64,000 nucleotides of DNA from Octopus sinensis (lineage: Eukaryota), in the NCBI RefSeq assembly GCF_006345805.1, contig NC_043015.1, positions 3,038,001-3,102,000 on the forward strand, given 5' to 3'. This document shows positions 23,381 to 38,824 of this stretch, one piece after another. A model generated the notes under the pieces. The model saw nothing but the letters and a program-made list of their open reading frames with translations. It did no database searches and was not told the DNA's origin. The position numbers were made by a program, and so were the translations under genes. Each line of letters opens with the position of its first letter. Position 1 is the stretch's first letter.

Positions 23381-25408
23381 TTTTCTTAAGGTTCCTACGT
23401 CGATTAGTGTTAGACGTCTGATACCTACTTCTTTGGGTTGAACGAGATAGTGTTTGTCAATTTGGGCATTTTGAGTTCTTGCAGTCTAAAGGCTCTAGTA
23501 TTTTTCGACACTAGTGTGCATATCCGTCTTGCAAGTTTGAAGGCAATGTTTTATTTTAGTGTGTTTTGGGTGGCGTGAATTAAATAGTACATAATATTTG
23601 GCGTCTCTGGTTTAGTTTAGATTTCCTTTTTTAATTAGTATAACCAAAAATGGGAGCTCCTTATCGTGCCTAGGTAGCTCTAAATATAAATTTATGTAAT
23701 TGCTGTACCAATGGAATGCTGCCTCTCTTGTCCCTGCAAGTAGTTCATTCATTCCCAATGTATTATTATAGGAATACTTTAATGTTAAAACCTTAAATTC
23801 TCTGGATTTGTATTGCAGGATCTCTATTTCCAAACACAGGCATCCTGCCTGAATGGAACCTTTGCCAGAGAACGATGTACGCTAAAAATAGAGATTGATA
23901 TCAACAAAATCTATATGGAATGTGGACGTCTTCGAGCGGTAGTCTGTGCTGAAATGCTGGAATAATTTTTAATAAAGGTAAAACATGCAAAATATATCTT
24001 AAGATATGATATGCCAGAGCGTTTTGATCTGGGTCCCAGTGAGCAGTGAAAACACCAACCTTGTCTTTATATACAGATCTCTGTAGGTGAGACCCATTTG
24101 GAAATAAAATATTTTCAATACCACACCGCTGATTTTGTGGTTTTATGATTCATAACTACTTTTCGTTTTAGGTAAGAGTCTTAAAGGTGTTGTGGAAGAT
24201 CGTTTCTTTCTTAAAATTTCCTCACTGGTATTAATAATTTGGCAGAGATTGTGATACCCTTTTATCAGTCAACAACCACTGTGGTTTTGTCAGTGAATGT
24301 GTGTGTGGGGGGGATGTGCATATTTGTGTGTGTGTTACCATATTTGGTGTGTTACGCTGCATTTGTTTCAGTAAATTATGTAATACACAATCAAGATATT
24401 TTGGACTCACTTTTTATGAGTTTAATTACAGCGTTAAAAATATTTTGCCGTTTGATTAATGTTTTATATATTTTTATTTTCCTGACTTTTTCCCGTGGCA
24501 ATAATTTACTTTCCTGCAATCTCTTATTTAATTTTCAAATACCAAAGTTTGAATTTTGTATTTATATCAAGTAAATGTTGACTGACTATCAATATGAAAA
24601 TATTGAAGTTTTTCATTACCATTAAATACTCTGTGTTATGTCACTGCATGTTTGTATAGGAAAGAAAAAAGAATCTTGCTGGAACTTTTATAGAATTTTT
24701 TAACGAAGGAAATAATCATTATAAACCTACCATGGTAACACATATATTATCCGGTATTATTTTCAAAATAACGGTACTGAATGTACAAAAAAAAAAATAT
24801 TATTACTTAATTTCCCAATAACGTTTTGCTAAATACTGTCTTGCTCTTCGACATGCGCTGATAAGAGATGAGACGTAATAGGAAAAGGAGGAGGCGAAAA
24901 TATTTACAGCAACTAATACAAATCAAATTCCGAATTCGAGACGAAGTTGCACATCAAAAACGATCGTCTTCCATGAAATATATAATCCAAAGTAAAGTCA
25001 TTACAACTGCAGAATTTCGAGATTGTTTATCGTAAAGAAAAATAATGATAGAGCAATATCAATGTCTGGATGATATATGTCTGAAAGATATTACCTATAA
25101 TAAGTGGGAAATTAACGTTCGAATGATATTTAAGAAATTGTTGAATAAGGTTAGTCTCGTACCTTCTTAAAACTTTGATGAATATTAAAACATACTGAAA
25201 TAGTTGTTGTAAATTTATAGTATAGTATTTCATGAGAAAGACTGGTGGTATGAATTGTAAATAATTTATGGTCTCATCAATATATACCTGTATCATGTAT
25301 ATTTCTTACTCGTAATAATTTATTATCAAAATAGAATTTTAGCGCGCGGTGCACGTGTACATCATCGTATTTTACGTACATAAGTTCTAAGGAAATATGT
25401 ACGATTTT

Positions 25409-25576
25409 TGGCTGTGTGGTTAGTAGCTTGTTTACAGACCACATGGTTCCGGGTTCAGTCCCAGTGCCTGGCACCTTGGGCAAGTGTCTTCTACTATAAT
25501 CTCGGGCCGACCAAAGCCTTGTGAGTGGATTTGGTAGACGGAATCTGAAAGAAGCCCGTCGTATATATGTAAATAT

Positions 25577-25610
<34 letters not shown>

Positions 25611-25862
25611 ATATATATATATATGCGTGTGTGTGTTTGTGCGTCTGTGTTTGTCCCCCTAGCATTGTTTGACAACCGATGCTGGTGTGTTTATGTCCCC
25701 GTTACTTAGCGGTTCGGCAAAAAGATCCCGATAGAATAAGTACTGGGCTTACAAAAGAATCAGTCCTGGGGTCGAGTTGCTCGATTAAAGGCGGTGCTCC
25801 ACCATGGCCGCAGTCAAATGACTGAAACAAGTAAAGGAGTAAAAGAGTAAAAGAGTAAGAGT
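25409..25862 (+). mobile_element. Family A SINE with (TAAAAGAG)n tail
   Basis: High similarity to 9905-10301; tandem taaaagag tail. Confidence 0.9.
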
Positions 25863-26341
25863 ATTCATTGCTATTTCTAATATTTTCAATGACCAAATAG
25901 AAACTTCGTTTTCGGCCGTTGTATTGTATTCGCAATATGCTGATTTTCTACACTATCAGACCAGACAATTCAAATACTTTCTTTAGAATCGCAATGGTAT
26001 TCTTCCTTCTATATACTGAATACTAATTCAGGTTTGTATCAGTGAAGTCCTGTCACTGCTACCTAACAAAGTATATAGTAGTATTCGTTTGTTATTTTAA
26101 CAACGATGGTGGACGTTATTGGACGTGTTGTAATTCACAGTTGTTACGATATAGACATAGACATCTGATACCACGTACAACACCAAGAAGTCTTTTCTTC
26201 AGTGGTAATCTATGTGGATGCCGTTTAAACTTATTTATCACGGGTTTTCACGAGTTGTATTTAGGGGTGTGACAAGCGGAGTACTTATAAGAAAGATTTT
26301 TGCTTACACAAAAACACACACACACACACACACACGCACAG

Positions 26342-26375
<34 letters not shown>

Positions 26376-26562
26376 AGAGAAGGTGGTGTACAAACAAACA
26401 GATGTATTATTATAACGCTCAGGAACAGAAAACTTCATTTACGTGTGGAGTCTACGCTCTTCTACAGAAAGGGACACAATGGAAAGACAAGGAGAGAACC
26501 AAGGAGAGAAACATGTGTGCAGTGGATAACGACCTATCATTGTGTGTATATATACACATATG

Positions 26563-26598
<36 letters not shown>

Positions 26599-26610
26599 AT
26601 ATATATATAC

Positions 26611-26787
<177 letters not shown>

Positions 26788-27679
26788 ATATACAGAGAGA
26801 GGCTGAGAGAAATGGACGCATATATATGAATCTATCTAGCTAGCTAGCTATCTATCTCATAAAAACACACACTCACACGCACATGCATTTAGATATATAT
26901 TAATGGTAAGCTTGTGTCATGGAATGTTTGCTATACAAAATTGTATATTGATTACTCTGTCGCTCTTTCTTGCACACATTTAACACTCTTGCTTCCCTCT
27001 CGTCATATAATATATCTTTTGAAAAGTAAGATAATATAGATTTAACCAATCTTATTGTAGTAAAGCTACGTTCGTGCTAAATGCAATGCATTTTCCATAC
27101 GCATATCTCATCATCGCTGTCCTGACTTAAATAAAACATGGACTATCGTTCCAGCTGTGTGACCGTGTATTCCTTACCGGAACCATCCGTACCCTATGCC
27201 ATTTCAATGCACGCACCATGTTTCCAATTCAATAGGCAATGGAGTTTATCATTTGAGCAGGTGAATGTAGAAAATTATAGCCAGATCAAGAAGATCTAAC
27301 TGTGAGACTTCATATTTGGCTTTCATACATGACAGATTTACAGTAAACATCTAGAGACCTCATGTTGAAAGCAAAGTTACTGGTAGTTTGGTATGCAAGT
27401 GTTCCTCTCTGTTTCTCGTAGTAGTAGTAGTAGTGTGTTATGATGCAGAAAGTGTTGTTTCTTAGTTTTTGTACGGTTTTTCATTTATTTTATGCAGTTT
27501 TTGATTTATTGATTCTGCTTTTGTTGTATGTTATTAAAATAATTCGTCTGTGCAATTGTTGTATTTTGATGTTCACCTCTTCTTGCTTTTGTTTGCAAGA
27601 GAGCGGAAAGTGTGCCTATTATTCTAGAAACTTCTGAATTAAACAATATTTATTGTAGGAAAGGATAACAGTAACATCG

Positions 27680-27898
27680 ATTCTTGATGGTGATGATGTT
27701 GATGATTATGATGATGAGGATGAGGAATGCGAAGATGAGGGGGAAGAATATGAGGAGGAGGGTGACGACGACGACAGCGACGATGACAGCGTCAGCGATG
27801 ATGACGAAGACTGCGACGACGACAACGATGATGACGATGACGAATAAGATGATGATGCTGCCGATGATGATGATCATGACGATGATGATGATGATGAC

Positions 27899-27974
<76 letters not shown>

Positions 27975-28201
27975 GTGGTGATGATGATGATGATCATGAC
28001 AATGATGATAACTATGATGACGATGATGATGATGATTGTGATGATAACGGTGATAACGGATGAAGATGATATCACGGCGAGGACGACAATGGAAACAAAG
28101 ACGATGATAGATGACTATGATGATGAAGCAAACGAAAACGATGATGACAATAAATATAGTGATGGTGATGAGGAATATTATGATGATTGTAAATATGATG
28201 G

Positions 28202-28234
<33 letters not shown>

Positions 28235-28380
28235 CAACCACGACGACGACGACCATGATGAAGATGATGACGCGGATGCTGATGCGGATGGTGGTACAAT
28301 CTACAAAGATTATGGTGAATAGAGAGGCGACGATGATGTCGATGAATACAACACCGATGACGATGCTGATGATTACGACT
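27680..28380. repeat. Degenerate (GAT/GAC)n trinucleotide field
   Basis: Directly visible; source of the poly-M, poly-D and poly-H ORFs. Confidence 0.92.
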
Positions 28381-28659
28381 GCTTCTCTTAAAACACCCCT
28401 TGATGTTCAGCGAACACAGCAAAATATCCATAAATACATTCCATTTATATTATTCTGGGAACACAATTAATTCTATGATATCAATGTCATGCGTATTACG
28501 ATATACGATTTGATATCTACAATCGCAACATCTGAGGTAATAAAATGATACACTTCTCATGGGGTTAAACCACATTAGGCAGAGATAAAAGCATAACCTA
28601 AACAACAGCCTACTAGTTTATTGTAAATGTGCTGTTGTGATCATTGCTGTTGCTCTTAC

Positions 28660-28679
28660 TATTATTATTATTATTATTA

Positions 28680-28739
<60 letters not shown>

Positions 28740-28814
28740 TATTATTATTATTACTATTATTATTATTATTACTATTATTAGTGTTATTATTATTATTACT
28801 ACTATTATTATTAC

Positions 28815-28847
<33 letters not shown>

Positions 28848-29004
28848 CATTATTACTATTATTATTGTTATTATTATTATTACTACTACTATTATTATTA
28901 TTACTACTACTATTATTATTATTACTATTATTATTGTTATTATTATTATTAGTGTTATTATAACTACTACCACAATTACTACTACTACTACTACCACTAC
29001 CACT

Positions 29005-29085
<81 letters not shown>

Positions 29086-29095
29086 GCTGCTGCTG
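28660..29095. repeat. Compound (ATT)n/(ACT)n microsatellite
   Basis: Directly visible. Confidence 0.97.
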
Positions 29096-29594
29096 CTATG
29101 ACTTTTTTGTTTCGTTACTATTAAGCTTATTATGTTTGTTGTTGCTGTTATCATGCTCGTTATTCTTGTTACTGTTGCAGTTATTCAAATTGATGTATAC
29201 GCATTGTCTATTACGTCAGCATATTTCGCTGCCTTTGATATGCGATATATTTTCTCTTACAGCATACGTAATGGACATTGCTACATAATAAATTCAGAAG
29301 GTCAGTTTAATACTATTTTCTTTCTATCGTATGAATAAAGAAAGCCGAAATAACATTTTCCGTCACAATCGCACCGGTCTCAAATTCTGTTCAACTTATA
29401 TTCATATAATATATGCATGTATGTTATCAACGTGACTTTCAATATCACTATATAGATGCTCATGCTTACAAATCTGTTTCCATCTATCTCTATATACATT
29501 TCTCCTCCTCTCTGTATACGCACACATACACACATACATATACACTCACACACATGCACACTCTCCTACACATACATACAATCATATCTATATC

Positions 29595-29629
<35 letters not shown>

Positions 29630-31388
29630 TTATTTATTTTTTTATATATATAATTGAAATAAACTCGAATTATGTATTTAATTTGAAGCACCACGTCTTT
29701 TCGGTATTATCCGAACTCCTCGAAGTAAGGTAAATAAAATCAAAACAAACGACATGATATCAAGAAATGATTCACTACGACCGTTTCAAGCGGCTTCATC
29801 TAATTTCACATTGCAGTCATCACATCAATTTTATTTTTCTCAAATATTTTAGCAGAGCAAGAAGATGGAACACAACAATGTTGTCGCTATTGTAGCTAAG
29901 AATAGAATACACTTCCAAGAATCGCATGAAATTTATTGGTGTCATACTGCTGCAAATGATTGTAATTCATTTATAATTCATTCATCTCTTTATCAACTAC
30001 TAAATCCAAGACTTGAAAACTGGGTCAATTTTTAATAAAGGGCTGATATGAGTTGACAGCTCATGGCTAGATATGGTCATAAATATTGCCATATGTTTCC
30101 CTTTTCTTCCAGGAGAAAAGCACACATTACCCGTAGTCAATTGGATATAAAGTAACTGTCTATAAAGAGAGAGTGTATAAGGGAAGACTTTAAAGCATGA
30201 TGTTAATTACCATTTACAGGGACAAAGCTTTAAGTAACTGAGATGTTAAAACCGTGGAAATTTTATTCTGGAGCGCTATGGGTGATTGTTTATAAACAGT
30301 ATTTAACATTTTCAAAAATGATTCTAGATCGAAAACAGGTAAAATATGTGTATTTATGAATTATAAACATTGAAAGGAAATATTACATAGAATCACTTTA
30401 ATATTCATTCATGTATTTAAGTAATTACATTAATTAATTAATTAAATCTAACTAATTTATCTAATTAAGTGGTTTCAATAAAGACCGCTCAGGGCATTTA
30501 CTTATGGAATAGTTGCAAAGATAAACATGCTATCTATCTATTAATTTTAAGCTATGAATCAGAGAGAAGTAAAGATGCATACAGAAGCATATGCATTTAA
30601 ATATTTGCACACATGCACACATACACACACACATATGTATAAGTTTGTATTGATATAGTATATCCATCTCGAATAGACGTAAGTAACTGCAAAATTTTAT
30701 ATTTAAGAATATGAAAAATAACAATGTATACGGGATAAGAGGTTAATAGGTTATGCACATATATGCATATATACACATACACAGATATTTATGCGTTTAT
30801 ATCGATATAGTATAACCATCTCATATAGACTGAAGTACAGAAAGAGGGACGAATTAAAGAAGAACAAAAGTTACAATTTATAAGGGATAGTTGGTAAGGG
30901 TATCAAAATAAGAAAAAAATAAGAAGAATTTTTAGAGAACAATAAGAAATACGTATAACCTATATTTGAAGGGGCAGAGCATTAAAATTATAATTTATGC
31001 TTTTCACTGATAATGCAATACTTTAAATGAAATCATAAACAACCATGGATAGAAAGGGAATCAAAACACAAAAACACAGTCGGACATTGAAACTGACTGT
31101 GGGCGACTACTGCAGACAATCGCACTCGGTGAAACGATGTGTGGAAACGATTGTAGTGAATAATAGAAGAATCTGGCGATTGCCATTTCCTTCCTCTTTC
31201 TCTGTCCCACATATGTCTATCGGGGTGCGCCCGTGCGCTACTATAAATATACTATATAACATATCATAACATAATATATTAATAATTATACAACCCAATT
31301 ATAAATACCCATTTGTAGAAATGTTTACTCGGTTTGTTATTAATATATATATATATATATGTATGTATGTGTGTGTGTATGAATATAT

Positions 31389-31431
<43 letters not shown>

Positions 31432-31474
31432 TTATATATTTGTGTATGCATGTATGTATGTATGTGTCTATCTT

Positions 31475-31523
<49 letters not shown>

Positions 31524-33237
31524 CTGTCTCTCTATCTCTCTCTTTACCTATCCATATTTGTATATATATGAATTAATGATTCATGGAAAACCTGAATAGT
31601 GCATGTTCATCTATACATACATATATCAATTTCTACATGTATTTATATACATGTATTTACATGTATTTATATTTATATAATTATTATATAATTATTTATA
31701 TAATTAAAAAGTACGACATTGCTAATGATTTCAGACTCCCTTCTATGTAGATTATATCCAGTAAGATGTAATCCATTCAAAGACATAAAAAAACCCGGAA
31801 AAATAACGACTTACGATAGCTCCTGCTTGTAACCTCTTCTGCAACGTTTTAGAATTCAAAAAGCAATCTCGAATAGGGGTTTACTTGATTCAATCTGAAT
31901 GTGATAATTTAGATTTGTCTTATATGAAGACTGCTCATTTTGTGTGTCTCAAATTAATAGCAAGAATATTCTCTTAAAATTAGCATAATAATTACATTCT
32001 GTTAGATTAACATTTTGAAGTTTAGATAATTTTTAACAGTCTATTGTAACTTAATTTTTCTAATTTAATTAACAATTAGAATATTCCACCCTTTATCAGC
32101 ACATGGACAACACTCCTGCTTTTATTGATATGTTTTAGCAGACATTAAAAACATCAGTGTTTCCGACGATCTCCATCCATCCATCGACCCATCCATCCAT
32201 CCATCCGTCCGTCTGTCCTTCCATCCGCCCATCTTCTCCGCCCATCTGTCGAGTATTCATTCTCACGTCTGAATTTTATAATGTATTTCCTACTACTTAC
32301 CGGGTAAGTAGTTTGATATATTTCATTTAACGTTGTTTTTAGGTTTGGTCAGTAGCTATATTTGTATGGCTGCCATTTCTCGGCCAATCTTTCTGGTTTT
32401 CCGTCCGCTAAAGCATAATCGAGACCTTAATCCTTGTGTGTGTATAGTATTTTCAACAATGATGCCAGGGATTAGTATATTTATATAATTTTAATCCTAA
32501 ACATTCGTTACAATGTTTTTGAAATCTAAGTGACATTTACCAGGTTTCGATAATTACTTCGCATTACTATCACGTTGTCTAAACTTCGTATTTAAGATAA
32601 TCGGTTTCCTCGCGGATTTATTTATGTTCTTCAGCATGAAAACATTTGGAGAAACGCTACTTGATGTTCACACACTTGTTGCTTCCATTGAATTTGTGAA
32701 TTTCCGTAGAAATGTGTATAGAAATTCATTATCTATTGTGAAGGGTCCGAAATATCTTCATAATTTTCACTTCTTGAAAATTTTTCTAGCAGCAACATTG
32801 CTTTCAAAAAATGTGCTATATCAAAATTGAACGTTTTTAAGTAGAGATTTAATTGTGGATACAGAGTAATTCGATGATTTAGAGACAGGGAATAAACACT
32901 AATGTAGTTCGATAGAAAAGTATTGAATGAAACAACACGGGTTACAATTTACATATACAAAATTGTAGAATGGAATATGCATTCCAAATGCGGTAGAATA
33001 CATATTTCGAGATTTGAGTGTCTTGCCGTGTAATCATATTTAGCTGTAAGTCACGCAATAGTGAACACACACGACATTAGATCTTGTTACTGCATCTAAT
33101 ACAATTGATAAGCGGCTGTCCTCTGTTATCTTTCCTAAGTAGGCAGATGACGACTGTCATAGTTCGTACAATTAAATGAAGTTGCATGAAACGATCGTAC
33201 TGCAATACTTCTGGATATCCTTGTTACGTATTTTGAT

Positions 33238-33291
<54 letters not shown>

Positions 33292-33977
33292 TACATATAT
33301 ATTATTCGCTTCAGAGAAATCTTTGCTCATCTTCAGTTTCTTATCCTGATTTAAACGAAAACTTTAGTTTATTTTGTTATATATTGTTAATTTATCTAAT
33401 TTTTTCCCAGGAATACTTATTTGTGTTTCACGTTTGAAAACGCAATTTGTAAAACTACTTGTGTGTTTTGCTATTTCTATTCATTCAACGAGATATTCAT
33501 TTTCGCGTGTTACATTAATTATTTGATGAAGATGCTCTATTCACGCTTACCTCTAGTTGTTGACAAATTAATCTTGTTTTTCTTTAGGGTTGAAGTAGAT
33601 AGAAATACAGTGAATATATGCCTTGCTTATCTCTATCATATGTTACATGTACTCAACATCGCGCTGCGAATATAGAGATCATATCATTGTTATGATTTGG
33701 ATTCCTACTGCTCTATTACTTGTAGAGTTACCATTTTTAAAGATTGTCATATATTCTTGTCGAATTTATGCGTGTTTTGTTCCCTCATCTCTAACCTAAC
33801 TTTTCTGAATCGTATTTAAATTGTTTACTGTTGGCGTGACATGTAGTGTGGCAAACGCGTTATTTATATTTTCTTGCTGTGTTCGATTCTTACCTTAATC
33901 AAACGAATACATTTCGTATTACATTAGTTCCTATGATCTCCAAGTTTAATAATCACTTTTCTAAATATCCTGATATA

Positions 33978-34895
33978 CGATGTGTGTCTGAAAAGTAACG
34001 GGACTAGCAGTGACTTGTGATTTGCAGGCGAAAGTATTATGAGTGGATTGTGTAATTTTCTAACATGATAACTTGGGAGTATATAACTGTAATCTTAGAT
34101 TTCTGCAAACATTGAATATTTTTTCACCTACTTGTTTTTACAAATCCTCTTTTCAGGTCGAAAGTAGGTGTAAAGTATGTAGGTGTAAAAACGAGTAGGT
34201 GAAATGAAGAACGAATGATGAACACCGAGCAACGAAGAAACCTGGAATATTTTGTCAGGTTGGGAAAAACTCAGTCACAAGCAATTGAAATGTACAAATA
34301 TACCATCATATCGCGAATATGTGTTTTTGAGTAGTACAAGTTCAAAAAGAGACCAAAGTAGGTGGAAGTCGACTACAGGAGTGAAAAGCCTTCAACAAGC
34401 AGGTCTGCGGTCAACGTCGAGGGGTCAATCAGCAAATCTACAAAGATACCCTGCAGCGTTTGCTCCCCTCAGTGCATGAGATTAGACGAGTTCTGGAAGG
34501 ACAAACTGTTGATGTTTCACCATGAAAATGCATCGCCTAATAAAGCCTTATTATCCAGATGTTTTGAGTGAGAAGAACATCGCCATAATTGAATAACCTC
34601 CTTATGGCCCTGACTTGCTTCCTGTGACAGTATTCCTTTCCCATAGCTCAAGAAGATCATGATGGGGACTCAATTTCAGCGCGTGGAATTCATCAAGAAC
34701 GAACGCCGTGACGATTGATCTAAGGGGCATCACAGATGAAACCTTCCAGCAAAGCATAGAGATGTGACAGGGATGGATGGAATGTGCTTTAGACTTGAAA
34801 GGGATTACTTTGAAGGGAAAATCATGGAGGTTGTTCTTTGAGACTGAATTACATTATTTGTAACACTAGTCCTTGTATATTCGGTTTATATTTCT
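33978..34895 (+). mobile_element. Internally deleted mariner transposon remnant
   Basis: TA|cgatgtgtgtctgaaaagtaacgggactag 5' TIR, degenerate 3' TIR beginning ctagtcc at 34866; transposase pieces MMNTEQRRNLEYFVRLGKTQSQAIEM, ISRICVFE..VDYRSEKPSTSRSAVNVE, then after a deletion HHENAS..PPYGPDL...DYFEG (YSPDLAP-like motif). Confidence 0.85.
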
Positions 34896-36160
34896 TACAT
34901 CCCGCTGCACATTCCTGTCATATATATATTAGCTACATTCGCTCCCATAACCATTTAGCTCTGTCCGTAAACCTTATTGGCACAAATTGTAATGTGGTCA
35001 CTGTAAAGCGTAACTAAACTGCAGGGACCTCGGCTGCAATATTTCTTCATTTCGCTCCCCGAAGAAGTTGGATATCCACCAGAAATTGAGAGTAGCAACA
35101 GGTCGTTGGCATTCTGAATAGGAAATAATACAACATGTTTTCACTGAGAATAGTTCTGGCGATAAAAGAATGCCAGTTACATTCAGTGTATCACCGAATC
35201 TTCTAATCGTGCTATAGGCCTCAAACTAAAACATCAGTTGAAATAGGATTTCCTTTTTGTAAGATCAGTAAAGAAATTGGTGTCTCGCCAAGTCAAACAT
35301 ATATTTAATTCAGACAAATGTGATGCATATTCATGCGCCATCTTCCTAAAGAAAAGAACAACATATAGTTATACTTTTACTTACTTATCTATGCTGTATT
35401 TCCATTTACTTCTTCCCACGTTGTTCCTCTTTTATTGAGTTGTTATTTTTGCAAAGTTACTCATTCATTCAGAATTTGTTTGTATGTATATTTATGTGTT
35501 CATTTATTCATTCAAGTTTCCTTTAAGTTCATTTCATTTTCTGTTGCTTTCACCATTGATTTTTTAGTCAGTTCTTTCAAACTTATTAAAACAATCTGAC
35601 TACTTGTTTCATATATTTATATTTGTATTATAATTCCAATCTTTCTTGGAATCGTGACATTCGTTTTCCAATAAGAAATACAAAATACTATTTTAAAGTT
35701 GCTGCGTATTGAGCTACGATGGAGAATATATAAACCCACACGCCTAGGCATGCATACATATTCACACATTAAACACGAATACAGGTGTTAAGAATAAGTA
35801 TTCACAATTTTATTCATATGCATTCATATTAAGATATAATTTGCTATCCATGCACACCAACACTTACACAGACACACACATAATACATGCATACACAATG
35901 TCTTACATGCAATGTGATGAAGGTGGACATTGAGTTCTAGTTAATCATGAGTTCATGTGTAACTGGGAGAATAGTTCTTTTCACGAATATACGAAAGTAC
36001 GCATGAGGATAACGCATAGCACTTGGTACCTTATGTATATTCTACACAACACATTTACTAATTTGGATCCCTTTCATAACGAAGGTAGATTTCTGCTTCT
36101 AAAGTATTTTCACATACACACACACACACACACACAAATAAACACACACGCACAGGCATA

Positions 36161-36239
<79 letters not shown>

Positions 36240-36449
36240 TATACCTCGTAAAAGTTATAGATTTATACTGGAAGATTGTCTGTGGTATTTTGAACACCTT
36301 CAACTTTGCTAAAGTTATACCCGTTTACACCATACACGATACGAATAAGTTTCGTACGTACATTCATTCATCCTTCCATCCGTCCATCCATCCATCTATC
36401 CATCCATACATACATACATACACACATACGCACACACACACACACACAC

Positions 36450-36524
<75 letters not shown>

Positions 36525-36531
<7 letters not shown>

Positions 36532-36660
36532 TGATTGGATTTTTAAAGTTCATCCCTACAAATTCCACTCAGAAAACGTTGGTAGGACCATAGCTATCCC
36601 AGAAAACACCTTCCGTAGTGGCAACGGTGTGGGGCTGAACGCTAATGATTCTACGAATAA
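36525..36660 (-). mobile_element. Degenerate family A SINE fragment
   Basis: Minus strand gttcagccccacaccgttgccactacggaaggtgttttctgggatagc...tgagtggaatttgtag aligns to the family A body. Confidence 0.6.
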
Positions 36661-37073
36661 GTTCTAAAGTTCTTAATGCGTGTGTTGCTAAAGTTCTATA
36701 AATAAATCGCTTACGTCATATCACACCATGAAATATGTCTTCCATTTAATATTCAGAAACTAATTTCGCTTGCAATTCCGACATTGATGTAGGATAATAT
36801 TTGCATTCCTTCAAGTTGAAATGTTACCGTAGGAACAAACAGAACCTATATTCAATATATGGGTCTACAAGCTACAGTAGCATCCACCCTTCAGGGTTAG
36901 CATCATTTATGTGGCAAATATACTCACGAGGTTGTGTAGCTACTGTTTATACCTTGCTCAGAGATTTATTATTGCTTGTTTACACCTTTTTCGAAATCAG
37001 TGACATTTCGTCACTGGAAAAAGTATATATATTTGTAAAGGGAGGCCTACTTTTCATTGACAACCGGTGATTA

Positions 37074-37120
37074 TCACACGCTGATGACGGATCAATACCA
37101 AGAAACTCGCGTCTGTTTGT
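37074..37120 (+). ncRNA. Degenerate minimal (Penelope-type) hammerhead motif
   Basis: cacacg-CTGATGA-cGG-atcaata-CC-aa-GAAAC-TCGC-GTC^tgtttg; core intact, helices I and II weakened. Confidence 0.55.
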
Positions 37121-37273
37121 ATCATACAGGTTGAATCTGGGAAGGATGGGTTCCCTTTGCAAATACTGATAGGGCACACAAAGTGTATCAATAGCCAGAA
37201 GCAAGCTACAGAAGCAACCGTCCTCAAGGATTAGCAACATTAAAGTGGCAAATATGCTTCACTATATACACAC

Positions 37274-37323
<50 letters not shown>

Positions 37324-37332
37324 CACACACAC

Positions 37333-37375
<43 letters not shown>

Positions 37376-37554
37376 ATATATATACATGCATGCATGCATA
37401 TACGGGGACACGGCATCACCAACAGTGCAAACAGCATACACGCTTGAGATAGATACATGACGTATACAGTAATTACCGTACAAAAACCACTGAAATACGT
37501 AGACATCAAGAAAAATTGGAATGCAAAACAACTTAACACTGAAGAAGGAACATT

Positions 37555-38530
37555 CATCAATTGTCGGCTATCTATCTACACTTCATTTCAAGCTTTCATG
37601 CGATAGTCTAATCTTGAAATGCGGTAGTACCCATAAATTCTAATATATAACTTGGGATTTATGGTGGGTGAAAGGTGGGATCAAAAATAGGAGAGTGGAA
37701 AAATATAAGGAAACCGAGCGAAAAGTGACATGGGTAGTTATTAGACCAGAATGAAAGAATAGTGACCGATGGGAGATTTTTTTTTTGAAAAGAGAAAAGA
37801 GAGAAGAGAGAGAGGGAAAGTTTAGAAATCCGAGAAGGAAAAGTAAGAAGGTCACGTTCGGAAGACAAGGATGGACAATGGTCACGTGTGAGCAAAGACA
37901 GAGAAAGGGAAAGAAGGAAGAGAGAGAGAGAGTGAGAGAGAGATAATACAGTGATATGCGTACAGGATATCATGCTTATATGGGTACAACATGTCATGCT
38001 TATATGGGCACAGGCTGTCACCAACAGGTCAAATAACATACACACGCGAGATAGATAGAATTACGTACATCACAAAACTAGTGATATACGTAAACAACGA
38101 GAAAGAAATGGTAACCAGGTCACGTTAATGCAAAAACAGGCATTCATGGATTGTAGGCTGTCTATCTACTCTGCATTTCGAACCTTTCAAAAGACAATGT
38201 GTGCCTTCAAAGACAGTAGCTCCCATAAATTCTAAAATAACAATTAGAATTTTTGGGCGGTTAAAGCTGGAAACAAAAATAACAGTGGAGACATACAAGA
38301 AAAACGAAGGGAAAGAGTGGTGGGTGGTCGTTAGACCTGAACGAAAAATAATATTGGGCTGTGGGAAATATATATTTTTGAAAAGAGAAACGTTAGATGA
38401 GGCAGAGAAAAACTTCCAGCTGTATACACGTCTGATCAGGAAAAGAAAAATGGTCACGAAAGGAAAAGAAGGAAGGATGATGGTCACGTGTGAGCAAGGA
38501 AAAAATGAGAGAAAGAAAGGGAATGAGGGT
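37555..38530 (-). repeat. Two diverged direct copies (~37555-37940 and ~38150-38530) of a ~380-bp repeat, probably Penelope-type pLTR remnants
   Basis: Shared blocks gtag..cccataaattctaa, gttagacc.gaa.gaaa, tttttgaaaagagaaa, ggtcacgtgtgagcaa; both read GAAATG.AG.GTAGATAGA.AGCC.ACAA on the minus strand (HHR 3'-half-like). Confidence 0.6.
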
Positions 38531-38786
38531 ACAGCGCGATAGAAAACTGTGAAGGTTGAAGGGGGAATCGTGTGTATGCTATTTGTACCTTTGATGACAC
38601 CCTGTACCCATATGTGCGCGTACATATATATATTATATTATCTATCTAATTATATAAACCCTTGTTTTAATTATATATACATAATTAAAAATATTTTATA
38701 AAATATAGCTATTAAGGTTTTATTTCTGCACTGACTGACCACCTAGTAAAATTATTATTGATTTTACTCTAGATTAAAATTAATAT

Positions 38787-38824
<38 letters not shown>

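Noticed and set aside
27684-28322. 212-aa ORF with an Asp-rich tail resembling acidic biomineral proteins
   Set aside because: Decayed (GAT/GAC)n; the register shifts between poly-M and poly-D and the Asp register contains stops.
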